Under the pieces are notes generated by a model. The model did no database searches and was not told where the DNA came from. It worked only from the letters and a program-made list of their open reading frames with translations. Made by a program: the position numbers and the translations under genes. Shown here one piece after another: positions 59,116 through 64,000 of a DNA stretch of 64,000 nucleotides. Where the stretch lies: positions 128,001-192,000 of the forward strand of contig JAEOTA010000004.1 in the NCBI GenBank assembly GCA_016840085.1, written 5' to 3'. The number at the start of each line of letters is the position of its first letter. Positions within the stretch are counted from its first letter, which is position 1. The DNA is from Promethearchaeota archaeon (GTDB taxonomy: Archaea > Asgardarchaeota > Lokiarchaeia > Sigyniarchaeales > SOKP01).

Positions 59116-60102
59116 TTATTTCAATATAATAGAATATTTAGTATTTCTAAGAAATTCAGGAATTTCTTTTATTTTATTTTTTCTTATATTTAAGAATTTT
59201 AGAGAGTTTAGATTATTTATTGTTCTTGGTAATTCTGAAATATAATTATAATCTAAAGCAAGAGTCTTAAGTGATTTCATATCTTCTATTGACTCTGGAA
59301 TAGATGAAATAAAATTATAGTCTAATCCTAAAACTTCTATGGAGGGTAATCTGATTATTGATTCTGGAATATGCTTGAATAAGTTATGGTTCAGATTAAG
59401 GTATGTTAATGATGATAAATTTAAAAGTGAAGAGGGTAAAGTTGTTATTTCATTATATTCTAAATTTAAATACTTTAATGACTGTAATTCTGAAATATCT
59501 ATTGGGATATTAGTTATTTGGTTAAATTCTAGACTTAATGATTCTAATTTTTTCAATTCATATATTTCTTCAGGGATAGTCTTTAGATTCCAGCCATCTA
59601 GTTTGATATGTCTAATTTTATCGATCTCCCCTGATTTTAATGCGTTTTTGAAATCTTTAACCCCAAAAATAGCTTCTGAGAGGTTTAGATTACCAAAATA
59701 TTTTAGTTTTACTGGACGAAACTTTAGATTTGGTCTATGAGTTTTGATTTTTTCCCTAAAATCTTTAAGACAAATCTTCCTTTCAGGTACAAAATAATTT
59801 GCCCAAATTCCGTCTTCATGTTCCCATTTTGCGGCTTCTAATATTTCAGAGCGTAGATCCTCAGGCATTCTGGATCCTGTTATGAGAATGAAGTATCCGA
59901 AAACAAAATAAGGTGCTCTTCGAAAAGAACGACTGTCAATCATTTTCTTGAGAAATTTAAAGTTTTTTTCGAAGTTTTCTCTTGTCAAAATTCTTTCATC
60001 CAAATAAAAATCAGTGTAATCTATACCACACGCATCTAACATAAAGGTAGCTAAGTCGATTTCTTCGTCGTCAACCAAAATCTGAGCAGAGCCTCGTGCC
60101 AT
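59116..60102 (-). CDS. leucine-rich repeat protein (23-aa LRRs, C-terminal)
   Basis: LESLSLEFNQITNIPIDISELQSLKYLNLEYNEITTLP repeats. Confidence 0.9.
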   Translation of the reverse strand: MARGSAQILVDDEEIDLATFMLDACGIDYTDFYLDERILTRENFEKNFKFLKKMIDSRSFRRAPYFVFGYFILITGSRMPEDLRSEILEAAKWEHEDGIWANYFVPERKICLKDFREKIKTHRPNLKFRPVKLKYFGNLNLSEAIFGVKDFKNALKSGEIDKIRHIKLDGWNLKTIPEEIYELKKLESLSLEFNQITNIPIDISELQSLKYLNLEYNEITTLPSSLLNLSSLTYLNLNHNLFKHIPESIIRLPSIEVLGLDYNFISSIPESIEDMKSLKTLALDYNYISELPRTINNLNSLKFLNIRKNKIKEIPEFLRNTKYSIILK

Positions 60103-60230
60103 GATTTTTTTCTCAGAAAATATTGATTTTAATCTATTATTATAATAATCTTTTTAATCCTATTTATAATTATGTTTTCATAGATTAACAATTTACTGGT
60201 CTAATCTGTTTATGAAAATTAAACGAAAGA

Positions 60231-60280
60231 TTTATATATGCTAATTCACATAGTTTTATTGTCAACCGAGAGTTGACAAT
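60231..60280 (+). promoter_or_regulatory. grpE-dnaK-dnaJ promoter with palindromic operator
   Basis: TTTATATA (60231-60238) after purine-rich BRE; ATTGTCAAC-N5-GTTGACAAT at 60258-60280 over the expected TSS. Confidence 0.55.
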
Positions 60281-60340
60281 GAACAGTTATATTGAATAAA
60301 AAATGGGGTTTTAAAAATAAAACCTTAATATATGATATGA

Positions 60341-61072
60341 ATGTTAGAAAAAGAGAAGGAAAATATGAAAAATATGATATTTGAGGATTATTTTGATAAA
60401 TTTTTAAACGAGCGAGGATATAAAGGGAGATCGACAAATTCAATTTCAATTTCTAAAGATGAATATCAGACCCTCAAGACGAAAGCTGAAAAATTTGAAG
60501 CACTTGTCGAAGAACATAAGAAAGTGAAAACATGGAATGATCAATTGCTTAAGGAGCTTGATGATATGAAGGAGGATGCGAGAAAGTTTAAGAAATTAGA
60601 GGAAGAAAAAGAAAAGTTTTTGAAGTCACTTTTACGTGTGCGTGCAGATTTTGAAAATTACAAGAAACATAATGAGCGTGAAAATGCTAAGTATAAAGAG
60701 TATGCATTAGAGGGTATCTTGAAAAAATTAATTAATCATTATGATGATTTGGTTCGGGCATTGAACTTAATTAAGATGCTAGAGGGTATGGATGGAATAG
60801 AAAAGGGATTTGCAATTGTTGTTAAAAATTTTAAGAAAATACTTGAAGAAGAGGGTGTTAAGCCGATGATTTCAGAGGGTGAAAAATTTGATCCATATAG
60901 GCATGAAGCAATAATGGTTGAGGAGGGTAGAGATGGTCTTCCTGAGAACACAATAATAGAAGATTTAGAGAAGGGTTATTATTTTAATAACAAAATATTA
61001 CGACCTGCGAAGGTCAAGATATCAAAAAAATCAAAATTAGAAAATTTAAATAAAAAACAAGAAATAATTTAG
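60341..61072 (+). CDS. grpE: nucleotide exchange factor GrpE
   Basis: LLRVRADFENYKK, GEKFDPYRHEA, KGY...ILRPAKVKI. Confidence 0.95.
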   Translation: MLEKEKENMKNMIFEDYFDKFLNERGYKGRSTNSISISKDEYQTLKTKAEKFEALVEEHKKVKTWNDQLLKELDDMKEDARKFKKLEEEKEKFLKSLLRVRADFENYKKHNERENAKYKEYALEGILKKLINHYDDLVRALNLIKMLEGMDGIEKGFAIVVKNFKKILEEEGVKPMISEGEKFDPYRHEAIMVEEGRDGLPENTIIEDLEKGYYFNNKILRPAKVKISKKSKLENLNKKQEII

Positions 61073-61117
61073 AAAAATTAAAATTAAAAAATAAAAAAAT
61101 AGAAAGGAGTGAAAGAA

Positions 61118-63019
61118 ATGGGAAAAATAATAGGAATTGACCTTGGAACCTCGAACTCAGCAGCCGCTGTATTGATTGGAGGGAAACCTACAATTATTCC
61201 AAGTGCTGAAGGTTTAACATTAGGAGGAAAAGCATTTCCTTCAGTTATAGCCTTTACAAAAGACGGCCAAAGACTTGTTGGAGAACCAGCAAGAAGACAA
61301 GCAATTTCTAATCCAGATCGTACAATTACAGCAATTAAGCGGAAAATGGGCACTTCGTATACAATTAAAATTGATGGCAAGGAATATACACCACAAGAGA
61401 TTTCAGCTATGATTTTAAGGAAAATTAAAGAAGATGCGAGTGCCTATTTAGGAGAGGAAGTTACTGAAGTGATAATCACTGTACCTGCATACTTTAATGA
61501 TAACCAGAGACAAGCTACGAAGGACGCGGGAAGGATCGCGGGATTAGATGTTAAACGTTTAATTAACGAACCCACTGCCGCAGCTGTAGCTTATGGCTTG
61601 GATAAGAAAGATATAAGAATAAAAATTGCTGTGTTGGATCTTGGTGGTGGTACATTTGATGTGACGATAATGGAAATGGAGGGTGGTGTTTTTGAGGTAA
61701 TTTCTACCGCAGGAGATACGCAATTAGGTGGAACAGATATGGATAAGATTCTTGTTGAATATCTTGTTGGAGAATTCAAGAAAGAAGAGGGAGTTGATTT
61801 AACTAAAGATTCAATGGCAATGCAGAGAGTTAGAGAGGCTGCTGAAAAAGCAAAAATAGAACTTTCTACGTCAATCACAACAGATATAAATTTACCTTAT
61901 ATTACAGCAACTGATGCTGGTCCAAAACATCTTAACGTGACACTCACACGAGCTAAGTTAGAGCAATTAATCGATCCTGTATTGAAAAGACTAGATGCAC
62001 CTATTTTGAAGGCACTTAGAGATGCGGGTATGGCAAGAGGAGTAGTTGATAAAATAATTTTAGTCGGAGGACCAACAAGAATGCCAATAATTCAGAAGAA
62101 ATTTGAAGATTTACTAGGGAAAACACCTGAACGTAGTATTGATCCAATGGAGTGTGTGGCTATGGGTGCTTCCGTCCAAGGTGGTGTATTAACTGGTGAG
62201 GTAGAAGATTTATTACTACTCGATGTTACTCCGTTATCTTTAGGCGTTGAAACTTTAGGCGGTGTATTTACTAAATTAATTGAAAGAAATACCACAATTC
62301 CAACAGAAAAAAAACAGACTTTTAGTACAGCAGCAGATAATCAACCAGCAGTAGAGATTCATGTATTACAAGGTGAACGACCGAGAGCAGATGATAATAT
62401 TACATTAGGAAGATTTCATTTGACAGGAATCCCCCCAGCACCTCGAGGAGTTCCTCAAATCGAAGTGAAATTTGATATTGATCAAAATGGGATTTTAAAT
62501 GTATCAGCAGTTGATAAAGGAACTGGACGAAGTCAATCAATAACTATCACAGCATCCACAAAAATGGCTGAGGATGACATTGAACAAAAAATTCGCGAAG
62601 CTGAAATAAATGCTGAAGAGGATAAAAAATTTAAAGAGTTAACTGAAGCTAAAAATCATGCAGAAGCCTTAATTTATCAAACTGAGAAATTATTAAAAGA
62701 AAATGAAGCAGTTATCGGAGATTTAAAGTCTAGAATTTTAGATAAAATTTCTAACTTGAGAAGTGCCGTGGAATCCAATGATGTAGTTAGAATCAAGAGT
62801 GCTATGGATGAATTACAAAATTCTTTACATGAAGTTTCATCTCGAATTTATGGACAGCAGCAAGGAGCTCATCAAGGAGCACCACCCGGGGGAATGGGAG
62901 ATGTTCCTCCTGGAGCAACATATGGTTATCAAGGAAAAACTCAAGATGAAATTGAAGAAGAGCAATTCAGAAAGGCAACAGGTCAAGATGATAATGTAGT
63001 TGATGCTGAGTATGAGTAA
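61118..63019 (+). CDS. dnaK: chaperone DnaK (Hsp70)
   Basis: [45 protein letters not shown]. Confidence 0.98.
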   Translation: MGKIIGIDLGTSNSAAAVLIGGKPTIIPSAEGLTLGGKAFPSVIAFTKDGQRLVGEPARRQAISNPDRTITAIKRKMGTSYTIKIDGKEYTPQEISAMILRKIKEDASAYLGEEVTEVIITVPAYFNDNQRQATKDAGRIAGLDVKRLINEPTAAAVAYGLDKKDIRIKIAVLDLGGGTFDVTIMEMEGGVFEVISTAGDTQLGGTDMDKILVEYLVGEFKKEEGVDLTKDSMAMQRVREAAEKAKIELSTSITTDINLPYITATDAGPKHLNVTLTRAKLEQLIDPVLKRLDAPILKALRDAGMARGVVDKIILVGGPTRMPIIQKKFEDLLGKTPERSIDPMECVAMGASVQGGVLTGEVEDLLLLDVTPLSLGVETLGGVFTKLIERNTTIPTEKKQTFSTAADNQPAVEIHVLQGERPRADDNITLGRFHLTGIPPAPRGVPQIEVKFDIDQNGILNVSAVDKGTGRSQSITITASTKMAEDDIEQKIREAEINAEEDKKFKELTEAKNHAEALIYQTEKLLKENEAVIGDLKSRILDKISNLRSAVESNDVVRIKSAMDELQNSLHEVSSRIYGQQQGAHQGAPPGGMGDVPPGATYGYQGKTQDEIEEEQFRKATGQDDNVVDAEYE

Positions 63020-63027
63020 GTTTGATC

Positions 63028-63049
63028 TTTTTTTTTTTTTAACTTTTTT
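63028..63049 (+). terminator. oligo-T tract after dnaK (archaeal-type terminator)
   Basis: T13 then T6 directly after the stop codon. Confidence 0.4.
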
Positions 63050-63104
63050 AAGAATTCATAATTATACAATTTTTATTCATGATTATTAAAAGAGGTTGTA
63101 ATGT

Positions 63105-64000
63105 ATGGCAAAAGATTATTATAAAACACTAGGAATAAATAAAGGAGCTTCAAAGGAAGAAATTAAAAGAGCATTTCGAAAAATGGCTCGAAAGTATCAT
63201 CCAGATGTGAATCCAGATGAGCTTAAATCAGGGGAAAAGTTTAAAGAAATTAATGAAGCGTATAATATTTTAAATGATGATAAAAAGAGAGAAATGTATG
63301 ATAAGTTTGGTGTTGTAGAAGGTGATGCATCAACATATCAGCAGTGGGGAGGGGCTCCTAGAGATTCAAGAGGATATAGTAGTCCAGACGGAACAACCTA
63401 TTATTATTCAACATCAGGTTCACCGGGTGGATTTGATTTTAACGAAATTTTTGGAAATCGTAATAATTCGAGAAGTAGTTTTGGTGGATTTGATTTTTTT
63501 AATGATTTAGGAGATATTTTTGATGTGTTCTCGAGAAGAGGTAATGGGAGCACAAGAGCAAGATCTCCTAATTATAACAATTCTCCTAGAGAAGGAGATG
63601 ATTTAAGATACGATATGGAAATTGATTTTATGGATGCGTTTTATGGAGGAAAGAAAAAAGTTCAATATAAAGATCCCATAACTGGACAAATGAAAACATT
63701 AAATGTTAATATCCCAAAAGGAATTAAGGATGATCAAAAATTACGTCTAAAAGGAAAGGGTATGCCAGGAGAGAATGGAGGTCCTCCAGGTGATTTATAT
63801 ATTGCCATACATATTAAAAAAGACCCTAGATTTGAAAGAAAGGATGATGATATTTATATAGAACAAGAAGTTCCATTTACTACAGCGGTGCTTGGAGGAA
63901 AAATTCAAGTGCAAGGAATTGAGAAAAATCTCAATGTTTCTATTCCTCTAAGAACTAATGATTCTTCTTTATTAAGATTAAAAAACCAAGGATTTTATAA
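63105..64000 (+). CDS. dnaJ: DnaJ, class B type (no Zn finger), runs off the right edge
   Basis: Manual translation [10 protein letters not shown]...[10 protein letters not shown]-rich region, [12 protein letters not shown]...[24 protein letters not shown]; no CxxCxGxG. Confidence 0.93.
   Translation, partial: MAKDYYKTLGINKGASKEEIKRAFRKMARKYHPDVNPDELKSGEKFKEINEAYNILNDDKKREMYDKFGVVEGDASTYQQWGGAPRDSRGYSSPDGTTYYYSTSGSPGGFDFNEIFGNRNNSRSSFGGFDFFNDLGDIFDVFSRRGNGSTRARSPNYNNSPREGDDLRYDMEIDFMDAFYGGKKKVQYKDPITGQMKTLNVNIPKGIKDDQKLRLKGKGMPGENGGPPGDLYIAIHIKKDPRFERKDDDIYIEQEVPFTTAVLGGKIQVQGIEKNLNVSIPLRTNDSSLLRLKNQGFY

Noticed and set aside
61084-62295. minus-strand ORFs of 98, 95 and 67 aa
   Set aside because: Antisense shadows of dnaK. 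The same applies to short ORFs inside uvrA, aor, thiolase, OCD, the permeases and the LRR genes.
1-64000. CRISPR array, tRNA, rRNA, integrase or transposase
   Set aside because: No regularly spaced repeat-spacer units, cloverleaf/T-loop motifs, long GC-rich RNA genes or recombinase motifs were recognised by eye.

Overview
AT-rich archaeal chromosome segment, most likely Asgard archaea (Lokiarchaeia/Promethearchaeota). This is inferred from TATA-box promoters, GGTGA/GAGGT ribosome-binding sites, an IPGY+TM+basic C-terminal sorting signal, LRR/TPR/Zn-ribbon proteins, AOR and a corrinoid protein. Left to right: a PadR-led operon ending in two tandem UvrA-like ATPases; a BpsA (branched polyamine synthase)-AdoMetDC fusion; slyD; a wHTH/ABC operon with three tandem membrane paralogues; a thiolase. 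Next is a ~9.4 kb accessory island (21.4-30.8 kb) bounded by a ~76 bp direct repeat that duplicates the 3' end of an unannotated 41-aa gene. It carries a TIGR04255-like + repeat protein + PemK/MazF-like three-gene module, a HEPN-motif protein, a candidate structured ncRNA, and TPR/nuclease/Zn-ribbon/LRR genes. After it come metabolic genes (corrinoid/MT2, tandem Fe-S proteins, GH4, AOR, pyk, OCD-family, Thr dehydratase, TlpA/CcdA), a decayed RNase III gene, a rearrangement junction with a GC-richer gene fragment, and grpE-dnaK-dnaJ. At least three genes appear to begin at ATA/ATC codons behind good SD motifs. No rRNA, tRNA, CRISPR array, integrase or transposase was recognised. All family calls come from motif recognition by eye, not database searches.
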